Positions 35,851 to 44,521 of a DNA stretch of 64,000 bases are shown here, piece after piece. The stretch is from Clostridia bacterium (GTDB lineage: Bacteria; Bacillota; Clostridia; Christensenellales; Borkfalkiaceae), in contig JAFVQM010000011.1 in NCBI GenBank assembly GCA_017504795.1, positions 22,842 through 86,841 of the forward strand, written 5' to 3'. The notes beneath the pieces are model-generated. The model saw only the letters and a program-made list of their open reading frames with translations. It had not been told where the DNA came from and searched no databases. Position 1 is the stretch's first letter, and every line of letters begins with the position of its first letter. The translations under genes and the position numbers were made by a program.

Positions 35851-36831
35851 TTACAACTGTTTCGTAAAGTTTATAATTTCATTATAATCTCCGCCCGTAT
35901 TTATTAAATTTAAGGCTTTATCGCAAGCAATTTTCATGTTCTCTTTTGCCGAAAAAGGCGAAAACGTATACTTTATATTCGCGTTTTCAAGTTGAGAAAG
36001 ATGCTTGTTATCGGGAAACTGCCCGCTCAAATTCACAGGTAGCATTTTAAGATTTTTTATCGTACTTTGAACTTTTTCGCTAAGTAGATACTCAATGAAC
36101 TTATTAGCGTAATATTCGTTATCGATATTCGCGCTAGTTAGCGATATATACTGGAATAAATCGCTGTAACCGTCTATCACTTTTGCGCTAAACTCGTCAC
36201 CCCGAGATATTAGCCTTTCAATATCGCGTTGCGTTCCTATCATAGTGGCGTTTTTTTGAGTTAGAAAATACGAATACGCGTCAAGCGGTGGCTTTATAGT
36301 AACTGACGATATCTCCTCTCCTGAAAATAGCGTTGCTATCTCGGGGGTAACGCCTTCTTGTTTTGAAATTATTATATCTTTCGAGCCTTCTCCCTTTTTT
36401 ATAACGAAGTAACCGCCCCTTAAATAACTTACGGCGTACCTTTTATTACCTACCGTTCCGCCGTCACGCCCTGAGAAACTAATTTCTTTTGCGTAGTTTT
36501 GCAAGTTGAGTAGCGCTCCGCCAAAAGATATAAGGTCGGGGCGCTTTCCCTTTTCTAAAAGAGCGTTCACACCTTCTACCGTATAACTAGAAACTAATAG
36601 GTAAACCCCTTTGTTTTGCTTTGAAAACTTAACCCCAACTTCGCGTAAAAAGGTGTATCTACTTCCCTTTCCCCCTTCGAACCCGTCGACGTGCCACACG
36701 GTTAAAATAACCGTTTTGTCTTGGCTTTTAACTTGGTTTGAAGTTATTAAAAAAGGTGAAATTATAACGATTATTAAACATAGTACGCCAGCAATTATGC
36801 TGACGAAATTTTTCATTTTTATAACTTTCAT
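35851..36831 (-). CDS. hypothetical membrane-anchored protein, solute-binding-protein-like
   Basis: N-terminal TM anchor. Weak resemblance to an extracellular solute-binding fold. Confidence 0.4.
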   Translation of the reverse strand: MKVIKMKNFVSIIAGVLCLIIVIISPFLITSNQVKSQDKTVILTVWHVDGFEGGKGSRYTFLREVGVKFSKQNKGVYLLVSSYTVEGVNALLEKGKRPDLISFGGALLNLQNYAKEISFSGRDGGTVGNKRYAVSYLRGGYFVIKKGEGSKDIIISKQEGVTPEIATLFSGEEISSVTIKPPLDAYSYFLTQKNATMIGTQRDIERLISRGDEFSAKVIDGYSDLFQYISLTSANIDNEYYANKFIEYLLSEKVQSTIKNLKMLPVNLSGQFPDNKHLSQLENANIKYTFSPFSAKENMKIACDKALNLINTGGDYNEIINFTKQL

Positions 36832-36858
36832 ACTTGTAATAAAATATGCTAGTACCCT

Positions 36859-37629
36859 TTAAGGTATGTTTTTAATTTTGAGTTTTTCTTGCACGAGTTT
36901 AATGTTTTTTATAGCGTATTCGTAACCGAGTTCGTAAAGGTAATCGAATTTTTTAATAGACAGCATTGAATACCCCGATAAATCGGGCTCGAAAACACAG
37001 TCGGCTAAAACCTTTTCGCTACTCCTACACCCCACCTTAACCCCGTGATAGGGGTAAACTTTGTCAAGTATTTTTACACCGCTTATATTGCTTTTTTGGC
37101 TTGCGCCTAAATCTATTGCAAGAACCTTTTTAATTCCAAGTTTTTTAAGTGGCGCTACGGGAACTAAGTTGGTGTAACCGCCGTCGATATATCTTTTTCC
37201 TTTTATCGTTACGTAGCGATACGCCGGAACGATTGTTGACGACGCCGATAGCGCCCTACACAAATTACCGCTAGTTAAACTCTCGTAATCACCGCTATCT
37301 AGGTTGGTTGCAACGGCGGTAAACGGCATTTTAAGGTCGCTAAACGTTTTTTCGCCTAACACTTTTTCTATTAGTTTTTCTAAGGAAATCCCCTTCATTT
37401 TAGCCCTTAAATAAAAAGAAGGCTTAAACGCCCCTAACTCGCTAATTAGTTCGCGCATATCCCTGCTTGAATACCCAAGCGCGTAGCAAGCCCCAACTAT
37501 ACTACCTATACTAGTTCCTGCAACCGCATTAAATTTTATTCCGTAACGCTCGAAAGCAGATATAGCCCCAACGTGGAATAACCCCTTTGCTCCGCCACCG
37601 CCAAGCGATAGCCCTAAAACGCTTTTCAT
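36859..37629 (-). CDS. patatin-like phospholipase family protein
   Basis: GGGGAKG oxyanion motif and GTSIGS nucleophile. Start uncertain (ATG at 37629, 37635 or 37656). Confidence 0.75.
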   Translation of the reverse strand: MKSVLGLSLGGGGAKGLFHVGAISAFERYGIKFNAVAGTSIGSIVGACYALGYSSRDMRELISELGAFKPSFYLRAKMKGISLEKLIEKVLGEKTFSDLKMPFTAVATNLDSGDYESLTSGNLCRALSASSTIVPAYRYVTIKGKRYIDGGYTNLVPVAPLKKLGIKKVLAIDLGASQKSNISGVKILDKVYPYHGVKVGCRSSEKVLADCVFEPDLSGYSMLSIKKFDYLYELGYEYAIKNIKLVQEKLKIKNIP

Positions 37630-37656
37630 AAGCATATTATTGCCGTTTTTTTGCAT

Positions 37657-37683
37657 AAAAAAACTCTCGCCTAGCGAGAGTTT
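37657..37683 (-). terminator. intrinsic terminator (AAACTCTCG...CGAGAGTTT stem) abutting the first in-frame ATG of the patatin ORF
   Basis: Minus strand: aaactctcg-ctagg-cgagagttt, then TTTTTTT, then ATG. Confidence 0.65.
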
Positions 37684-37688
37684 AATTT

Positions 37689-38381
37689 TTATTCGAAAAA
37701 TATTTGAGCGTTGTTTATAAACAAGTTGTCCGCAACTATTTTGCCAAACTTTTTGCATACTACCTTGTACGCATCGTTTAACGAGCATTCGCGCGATTTG
37801 TGAATATCGGTTGCAACGAAATGAACTAGCCCACTTTTTATCGCCGCAAATACGCGTTTTTGAAACTTTTTGCCGTGCTCACCTACTACGCTTGACGCGT
37901 TTATCTGCAAAAGCGCGCCCATGTGGTGAAGTTCAATTAAAGTATCCGCATCAAGATAGCGGTATCTTTCAATATGCGCTATCACGGGAACGTAGCCCAT
38001 TTGCGATATATTGTAAGCGTAATCTAAAATGTCAGAATAATTAAAGTAGTCGAACTCTAAAAGGATAAAATTTGTATCGTTTATGGTTAAAACTTCTTTA
38101 TTTTTAAGTAACGTGTATATTTTTTCGTCACAAAACACTTCTTGACCAAGGTATAGTTGAACGTTTAACCCATGGCTTTTTACTTCCGCACAAAACGTAT
38201 CGAACTTATCTTTGAGCTCCGATTTCGTAGTTTTATATACGCCGTGTTTATAATGCGGTGTTAAAATGATTTTTGAAACGCCTTCAAGTTCTAATTTTTT
38301 AATAAGGTCAATAGAACCGTCAAGCGAGTCACTACCATCGTCCACAAACGGCAAGAGATGAGAGTGAACGTCAATAAGCAT
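37689..38381 (-). CDS. tyrosine-protein phosphatase, CpsB/YwqE (PHP) family
   Basis: MLIDVHSHLLPFVDDG start. Confidence 0.85.
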   Translation of the reverse strand: MLIDVHSHLLPFVDDGSDSLDGSIDLIKKLELEGVSKIILTPHYKHGVYKTTKSELKDKFDTFCAEVKSHGLNVQLYLGQEVFCDEKIYTLLKNKEVLTINDTNFILLEFDYFNYSDILDYAYNISQMGYVPVIAHIERYRYLDADTLIELHHMGALLQINASSVVGEHGKKFQKRVFAAIKSGLVHFVATDIHKSRECSLNDAYKVVCKKFGKIVADNLFINNAQIFFE

Positions 38382-38384
38382 ACG

Positions 38385-39128
38385 TTACTTCTCCTGAGTG
38401 TAGTGATTTTTTAAGTTGCGATAATAGTTGGTGTTGTAGTAACCGCCGTATCTAAGCGAGAACTTGCCTTGGTTTCTATACGTCATAACAGTACCTAAGA
38501 TGTTCGGGTTACACATTTTAAGAAGTTCGTACGCTTCTTTGAGTTGAGCGCGCGAAGTAGTGCCTGCACACGCTACGAATATTACCATATCGCTGAGTTT
38601 TGAAAAGTGAATATAGTCGGAAACAAGAAGAACTGGCGGGCAGTCAAACAGCACCATATCGTACTCTTTTTTAAGGTCTTCTATCATCTGCTTAAACTTG
38701 TCAGACGTGAATATGATAGACGCGTTATGCGCCGCTTTACCGCGGTTAACAACGTCAACCCCGTAACTCGTCTTTTTAATAAGTGCGTTTTGGTCGCACT
38801 CGCCAAGCATATATTCCGTTATTCCCGAAAGGTTAGGAACTTCGAAAATTCTGTGAACCTTAGGTCTTCTAAAATCAAGGTCGACTATAACTACCTTTTT
38901 ACCGCTCTTTGCAAGCGCAACGGCGGTGTTAGATATAACCGTTGATTTACCTTCGCCAGATACTGCCGATTCTATTTGGAACACTTTATTTTTGCCGTTG
39001 TCTGACGAGTAAATAATATTGTCTTTAAGCCTATAATAACTTTCGCTTAAACCGAACTTTTTGCCTACTACGATTTTGGGTACAATATTTTCAAAAGAGT
39101 TGTCAACCGACTTTTTCTTAAACAACAT
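38385..39128 (-). CDS. CpsD/CapB-family bacterial tyrosine kinase
   Basis: Walker A SGEGKST and DLDFRRP. C-terminal Tyr-rich tail YGGYYNTNYYRNLKNHY. Confidence 0.85.
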   Translation of the reverse strand: MLFKKKSVDNSFENIVPKIVVGKKFGLSESYYRLKDNIIYSSDNGKNKVFQIESAVSGEGKSTVISNTAVALAKSGKKVVIVDLDFRRPKVHRIFEVPNLSGITEYMLGECDQNALIKKTSYGVDVVNRGKAAHNASIIFTSDKFKQMIEDLKKEYDMVLFDCPPVLLVSDYIHFSKLSDMVIFVACAGTTSRAQLKEAYELLKMCNPNILGTVMTYRNQGKFSLRYGGYYNTNYYRNLKNHYTQEK

Positions 39129-39129
39129 A

Positions 39130-39897
39130 TCACTTACCCTCCTTTACGTTAGTAGTAGAAGATTTTTGCGGAGTTTCGCTATTTGAAATGTCAACCGTGG
39201 CAATGATTTGGTTACCCGTAATCGCCTCGATTTGCTCTTTGCTTTTAATAGTGTCGTCAAATGCGTTTTTAACTAGAACGAACACAACCGAAAGCGCTAA
39301 GCCGATAACGAAAGCAATTGCTATAACGCCTGCTTTACCGGTTGATGCGGAAACGTCTTTCGCTTGGGCGGGCGAGAAGATAAATATCTTTTCAGCGTGC
39401 CAAGGATAAACTTCGGGGTTTGCGTTGATGTGATCAATCGCGTCTTCAACGAATTTGTTAAGGGTTTCGGCTACCTGCTGTTTGGTTAACAACACGTCAC
39501 CACCCTTTTGACTGTAAGTGTAAGTTACGGTGAAGAAAGGCTGTTCTTCTTCGGGAACGACCGTTAAACCGCCTTTGAGTTCCGTTCCGCAAGCGTTGAG
39601 CACGCTGTTACTCATAATGATAGCGCTACACTTGTCTGCAAGTAACGCAGCGTATTGGAAGCGAGTGTGTTCAAGAACGGATTCTTCCTCGTCAGTCGTG
39701 GGGTTTTTATAGGTTTCAACGTATATCATAGCGTTGAGTTTAGCGGTATACGTCGTCTTCTTGAATAAGAAAGCGTACACGCCACCTATTAAGGTGCAAA
39801 TAAGCGTTATTACGATAATCCAAATTATCCCGCCTCTTAAAATACCTAAAATGTCGGCAAAAGAGAGTGATTTTTCCTTTTCGTTAACTACTTCCAT
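39130..39897 (-). CDS. Wzz/CpsC chain-length determinant (kinase modulator)
   Basis: Two TM helices flanking an extracellular domain, upstream of the BY-kinase. Confidence 0.7.
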   Translation of the reverse strand: MEVVNEKEKSLSFADILGILRGGIIWIIVITLICTLIGGVYAFLFKKTTYTAKLNAMIYVETYKNPTTDEEESVLEHTRFQYAALLADKCSAIIMSNSVLNACGTELKGGLTVVPEEEQPFFTVTYTYSQKGGDVLLTKQQVAETLNKFVEDAIDHINANPEVYPWHAEKIFIFSPAQAKDVSASTGKAGVIAIAFVIGLALSVVFVLVKNAFDDTIKSKEQIEAITGNQIIATVDISNSETPQKSSTTNVKEGK

Positions 39898-39977
39898 AAT
39901 TCTCCTATATTGTCGTAAAAATTTACAACCGTATATATTATATACCGTATTATGACATAAGTCAAGGGCAAAAAAGT

Positions 39978-41288
39978 TTACTTTTTACCCTTTTCCGCGC
40001 GAACTTGGGATATTTGCTTTTCGTATCCGTTTTTAGAAGGCTTATAAAAGACCTTTCCTTCAAGTTTTTTGGGAAGATAAGTTTGCTCAACGTATCCGCC
40101 GTAATCGTGCGGATATTTATATTCGGCACTTTTTTTCTTGCCTTCTTCACTCAAATACGAAGGATTGATAAGATAGGGGGGAATATCGTCGTCACGCACG
40201 GTTTCGGCAGCGTCTCCCGCCGAGTACATAGCCGTTATTACCGAGTTTGATTTATGCGCCTCACACACGTAAATTATAGCCTCGGATAGCGGAATTAAAC
40301 CTTCGGGCGCACCTATATTCATAAGCGCGGTCATAGCGCTAGTCGCTATAACTAGGGCGTTAGGGTCTGCAAGCCCAACGTCTTCTGCCGAGTGAACTAC
40401 TAACCGCCTTGCTATAATCATAGGATCGCATCCGCCTTTAATTAGGCGTTGGCTGTAATATAAAGCCGCGTCACTATCGCTACCCCGCAAACTCTTACAA
40501 AAGGCGCTAAGCAAGTGATAATAACCGTTTTCGTCAATAGATAACGCCTTTTTTTGAATTGACTGCTCAGCGTCTTTCAAGGTTACTACCACCACCCCGT
40601 CTTCGTTGACGGGCGTTGTCAAAACGGCAAGTTCAATGGCGTTGTAAGCCGTTCTTAAATCGCCGGCAGAAGTTATCGCTATATGGTCGTATGCGCTTTC
40701 GTCAATTTGAAGTTTCATCTTACCGAAACCACGCTTTTCGTCGGCTACCGCTTTTTTGAGCGCGTTTTTAATAATTTCGGTTGATAAACTTTTGAACTCG
40801 AACACCCTACACCTTGAAATTATTGCAGGCGTCATAGCCGAATAGGGGTTTTCAGTAGTTGAACCTATAAAGATAATCGTGCCCTTTTCAATAGCGGGAA
40901 GTAAACTATCTTGTTGCGACTTGTTAAAGCGGTGGCACTCGTCTAAAAGTAAATACGTTCTTTTGCCGTATAATTTTAGGTCGTCTTCCGCCTTTTCTAT
41001 GGCGCGCTTAACGTCCGCCACACCACTAGTTACCGCGTTTAACTTAACGAAGTTTCCTGCCGTTGAGTTTGCAATAATGTTTGCAAGCGTGGTTTTACCC
41101 GTACCCGGTGGGCCGTAGAATATGCAACTGCCGAGTTTATCCGATATTATCGCCCTTTTAAGTAAACTTCCGTCGGACGCGATTTCCGCCTGCCCCAAAA
41201 ATTCTTTCAGGGTAATCGGGCGCATCCTTTCGGCAAGGGGCGTTTTAGAATTATCATTTTTTTCAATGGTATCAAATAGCGTATACAT
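39978..41288 (-). CDS. rarA: replication-associated recombination protein A
   Basis: LAERMRPITLKEFLGQ, GPPGTGKTT, and MgsA C-terminal domain. Confidence 0.9.
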   Translation of the reverse strand: MYTLFDTIEKNDNSKTPLAERMRPITLKEFLGQAEIASDGSLLKRAIISDKLGSCIFYGPPGTGKTTLANIIANSTAGNFVKLNAVTSGVADVKRAIEKAEDDLKLYGKRTYLLLDECHRFNKSQQDSLLPAIEKGTIIFIGSTTENPYSAMTPAIISRCRVFEFKSLSTEIIKNALKKAVADEKRGFGKMKLQIDESAYDHIAITSAGDLRTAYNAIELAVLTTPVNEDGVVVVTLKDAEQSIQKKALSIDENGYYHLLSAFCKSLRGSDSDAALYYSQRLIKGGCDPMIIARRLVVHSAEDVGLADPNALVIATSAMTALMNIGAPEGLIPLSEAIIYVCEAHKSNSVITAMYSAGDAAETVRDDDIPPYLINPSYLSEEGKKKSAEYKYPHDYGGYVEQTYLPKKLEGKVFYKPSKNGYEKQISQVRAEKGKK

Positions 41289-41317
41289 AAATTTTCACTT
41301 TCTTAATATATTTTAGT

Positions 41318-42313
41318 ATGAAAAAAATTCGTAGCCTTAGCGGTGCTAAGGTAGTTAAATTCATCTTAATTTTATCTATAATTTTTTTAATCGTTGCCCT
41401 TGCAATTTACCCCGAAAAGTATTCAAAATCGACCTATAAGGGGGTTTTACTGTGGGCGGTTTCGGTAATGCCGTCACTACTGCCGTACTTTTTTTTAACG
41501 GCAATTCTTACCAAAACCAACTGCTTAACGAGTGTGTTTTGTAAATTTTCTAAAATAACTGAAAAACTGTTTAGGCTTGGCGGTATATCTTGTTACGCCT
41601 TTTTTATGAGCGTTTTATCAGGATATCCCGTAGGCAGTAAACTCACGGTAGACCTTTATCAAAACGACCTTATTGGAAAGGGCGAGGCAAGTAGGTTGAG
41701 TTTACTTTGCTCAACGTCAGGCCCGCTGTTTATTATAGGCGCGGTTGGCGTTTCAATGCTAAACAGCAAAGTGGCTGGGTTTATTATCTATGTTGCCCAC
41801 GTTCTGTCCGCCGTTGTTACCGCGCTAATTTTTAGAAATTTTTACGAACCGCCTATAAAAAGTAACCGTTTACTAAAAAGCGATAAATCTGACAACCTTT
41901 TATACGACGCGGTATACTCGTCAGTCATATCGGTACTAGTAGTTGGCGGTTTCGTTGCCGTGTTTTACGTAATATCCGAAATTTTATTAGACTTTAATAT
42001 TTTATATCCTATAAACTTTTTAATCGACTTAATTCTTAAACCGCTATCTAACGGCGGTGAAAGTTTAGGCGTTACTCTTGGGCTTATAGAGTTTACAAAG
42101 GGCGCTAAAATGCTATCGTCGTTAACGCTTACACCCTTAACCGTATCGCTTATCTCGTTTATAATAACTTTCGGCGGAGTATCGGTGATAATGCAGTCAC
42201 TCGCGTTTTTGAAAAAAGCCTGCGTTAAAACTTCGTTTTTCGTGCTAGGAAAACTCGTGCAAGGAATAGTTTCTTTTATACTTTGCTTTGCTTTTTGCCT
42301 TGTTTTTTTATAA
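41318..42313 (+). CDS. ylbJ: nucleoside-recognition-domain membrane protein, YlbJ-like (sporulation)
   Basis: 331 aa, multi-TM. Convergent with coaD-rsmD as in the B. subtilis ylbH-ylbI-ylbJ arrangement. Confidence 0.55.
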   Translation: MKKIRSLSGAKVVKFILILSIIFLIVALAIYPEKYSKSTYKGVLLWAVSVMPSLLPYFFLTAILTKTNCLTSVFCKFSKITEKLFRLGGISCYAFFMSVLSGYPVGSKLTVDLYQNDLIGKGEASRLSLLCSTSGPLFIIGAVGVSMLNSKVAGFIIYVAHVLSAVVTALIFRNFYEPPIKSNRLLKSDKSDNLLYDAVYSSVISVLVVGGFVAVFYVISEILLDFNILYPINFLIDLILKPLSNGGESLGVTLGLIEFTKGAKMLSSLTLTPLTVSLISFIITFGGVSVIMQSLAFLKKACVKTSFFVLGKLVQGIVSFILCFAFCLVFL

Positions 42314-42767
42314 TTTCTATCACGCTAGGAGATAGATGCATTTCGTCAAAATTACCGCTATTTATATCCTTTTTAACGGCGGTGGAAGAAACGTCTTTTA
42401 GTTCTTTTGAGCACGGAATATATAAAGTTACTATATCTTTATACAACTTTTCATTATAATAGTGCATTTCGTTTTCGTACTCGTAATCGGTGGCGTTGCG
42501 AACGCCTCTAACGTTGTAGGTTGCACCTATTTTTTTCATAAGGTCAACGAGTAAACCTTCGTGATAGCAAACTTTAACGTTTTTATAGTTACTGCAAACC
42601 GACTTTAACATTTCAAGCCTTGTTTCCACCGAAAACAAGGTTTTTTTGTCGGGGTTTATACAAATTGCAACGGTCAACTCGTCAAAGAGTGAACTCGCCT
42701 TTTTTATAACCGATTCGTGCCCTTTGGTAACGGGGTCGAAAGTGCCTGCAAAAACAGCGCTTTTCAT
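42276..42767 (-). CDS. coaD: phosphopantetheine adenylyltransferase
   Basis: AVFAGTFDPVTKGH motif. Confidence 0.9.
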   Translation of the reverse strand: MKSAVFAGTFDPVTKGHESVIKKASSLFDELTVAICINPDKKTLFSVETRLEMLKSVCSNYKNVKVCYHEGLLVDLMKKIGATYNVRGVRNATDYEYENEMHYYNEKLYKDIVTLYIPCSKELKDVSSTAVKKDINSGNFDEMHLSPSVIEIIKKQGKKQSKV

Positions 42768-43303
42768 AATTCCTCCCTGCGGTAAAAGTCAAATACCGCT
42801 ATGCCGTACTTTCTAGTATCGAAAATTTCATAGCCGTCAACCACAGTTTGAGAAGTTGACGACGCTCTTTCATAAATAAAAAGCCCACCGTCTTTTAAGA
42901 TATTTTTATCTTTTATAACCTTTAAGATACCGCTAATTTCGTTAAACTTATACGGCGGGTCGAAAAATATGATATCGAACTGCTTGTCCGCCCTTTTTAG
43001 ATAGTTTTCAGCGCTGGATAAAATAAACTCTTTATCAAGCCCGATAGAGCGTGCGTTTTCTTTTGAAAGAGCTAAACTTTTTGGGCTAACGTCAACGAAA
43101 GTAACCGAACTTGCTCCGCGGGAGTAACTTTCTAACCCAACGCTACCCGTTCCGGCGCAAAGGTCTAAAAAATCACAGCCTAAAACCCTACCGCTTAAAA
43201 TGTTGAAAAGCGATTCCTTTGCTCTGTCTGACGTGGGGCGTATATCCTGCCCGTCAAACGATTTGAGTTTTTTGCCTTTGTTTTTTCCGCCTATTATTCT
43301 CAC
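42764..43303 (-). CDS. rsmD: 16S rRNA (guanine966-N2)-methyltransferase RsmD
   Basis: RPTSDRAKESLFNIL and DPPY motifs. Confidence 0.9.
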   Translation of the reverse strand: MRIIGGKNKGKKLKSFDGQDIRPTSDRAKESLFNILSGRVLGCDFLDLCAGTGSVGLESYSRGASSVTFVDVSPKSLALSKENARSIGLDKEFILSSAENYLKRADKQFDIIFFDPPYKFNEISGILKVIKDKNILKDGGLFIYERASSTSQTVVDGYEIFDTRKYGIAVFDFYRREEL

Positions 43304-43305
43304 TG

Positions 43306-44346
43306 TTACTCCAAGTACGACAACTCCGCGCGCTTAGTTACCGAAGTTAAAATTTCGTACGGTATAGTTTTTAGTTTTTTAGATATTTCAAGCGCATCCG
43401 TCATTACGGGAACGTAATCACTATCAAATTTTCCGCTCACGCCCGATATATCCATACACAACGGCGAAACTTCGCCTAAACTTCTAAAAAACCCGTCCGC
43501 ATAGCCCATACGAACGAGCGTAACGGCGCTTTCCGTATGCCTTTTATCCCCGTATAAAAACCTTTGGTTTTTAAGAGTTTTTTCGCCTAGGTTTTTGGCG
43601 TAAACAGTCATAACTTTTTTAAGGTTTATTTTATCCGTTTTATAAGGTGTGTAGCCGTAAAGCATAATGCCTATTCTCACCATAGAAAATAGATATTTTT
43701 CGCCAAGTAGCGCGCCAGCGCTTGAAGATAGGTGCAAACACGCCTTATCGTTATAGTTTTTAACGCTATCACTCAGCCGTAAAAAATTTTGGTACTGACT
43801 AGATAGGTATCTTTTATTATTCACCGCGCCAAGATGCGATAGCGCACCCGTTATAGTTACGCCCGTATCTTTTACCGCGCCTATTATCTCGTTTACTTCA
43901 AACGCGCAAGACGCACCCAGCCTATTCATACCCGTGTTTAGTTTTATATGAACGTTTGCTGATATGCCAAGTTTATCACACGCCTTTATAACTCTTAAAA
44001 CTTCCGCCTTACTGCTAACCGTTAGCGTTATTCCCCTTTGAACTAGCCGTTCAACTGAAAAAGCAGGCGTTAACAAAATAATTTCTTTATCTATCCCTGA
44101 AACTCTAAGCGAAAAAGCCTCATCTTCTAACGAAACGCAATAACTATCAACTAACGGATATAAACTTGACGAAACGCCAACGAGCCCGTGCCCGTAAGCG
44201 TTGCCTTTAACCACGGCTGACAGTTTTACGTTGTTTCCTATAAGCCGTTTAACGGCTAGCGCGTTTTCTTTAAGGTTTTTAACGTTAATTTCGGCTTTAA
44301 GTAGGCAAGACAATATCGTTTCCCCCAGTCGTTTAATAGTATGCAA
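43306..44346 (-). CDS. alr: alanine racemase
   Basis: VVKGNAYGHG PLP-lysine motif. TTG start per the ORF track. Confidence 0.8.
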   Translation of the reverse strand: MHTIKRLGETILSCLLKAEINVKNLKENALAVKRLIGNNVKLSAVVKGNAYGHGLVGVSSSLYPLVDSYCVSLEDEAFSLRVSGIDKEIILLTPAFSVERLVQRGITLTVSSKAEVLRVIKACDKLGISANVHIKLNTGMNRLGASCAFEVNEIIGAVKDTGVTITGALSHLGAVNNKRYLSSQYQNFLRLSDSVKNYNDKACLHLSSSAGALLGEKYLFSMVRIGIMLYGYTPYKTDKINLKKVMTVYAKNLGEKTLKNQRFLYGDKRHTESAVTLVRMGYADGFFRSLGEVSPLCMDISGVSGKFDSDYVPVMTDALEISKKLKTIPYEILTSVTKRAELSYLE

Positions 44347-44358
44347 AGGGATATTTTA

Positions 44359-44388
44359 TTGTCAAACCTAAGCGGTTTTGCGTATAAT
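44359..44388 (+). promoter_or_regulatory. candidate promoter TTGTCA-18-TATAAT
   Basis: ttgtcaaacctaagcggttttgcgtataat, ~29 nt upstream of the small ORF at 44417. Confidence 0.35.
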
Positions 44389-44416
44389 TTAGTAATGTGA
44401 GTGCAATAATTTAGTT

Positions 44417-44521
44417 ATGGAATTTTTTATCGGTTTAGTTATAGGAATTATACTTGGCGCTAACGTTAGCCTACTAATTTCAGCGGTTATTTCAGTAAAT
44501 AAAGATAAAAAGGTTAAATGA
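44417..44521 (+). CDS. candidate 34-aa hydrophobic peptide
   Basis: Hand translation: MEFFIGLVIGIILGANVSLLISAVISVNKDKKVK. One TM helix plus a basic tail. No clear SD. Its 3' end overlaps the convergent ABC exporter stop. Confidence 0.3.
   Translation: MEFFIGLVIGIILGANVSLLISAVISVNKDKKVK

Noticed and set aside
39962-40150. 62-aa minus-strand ORF overlapping the 3' end of rarA
   Set aside because: It is an alternative frame of the same strand inside rarA and its downstream spacer. It has no RBS and is Lys/Arg-rich low-complexity sequence.
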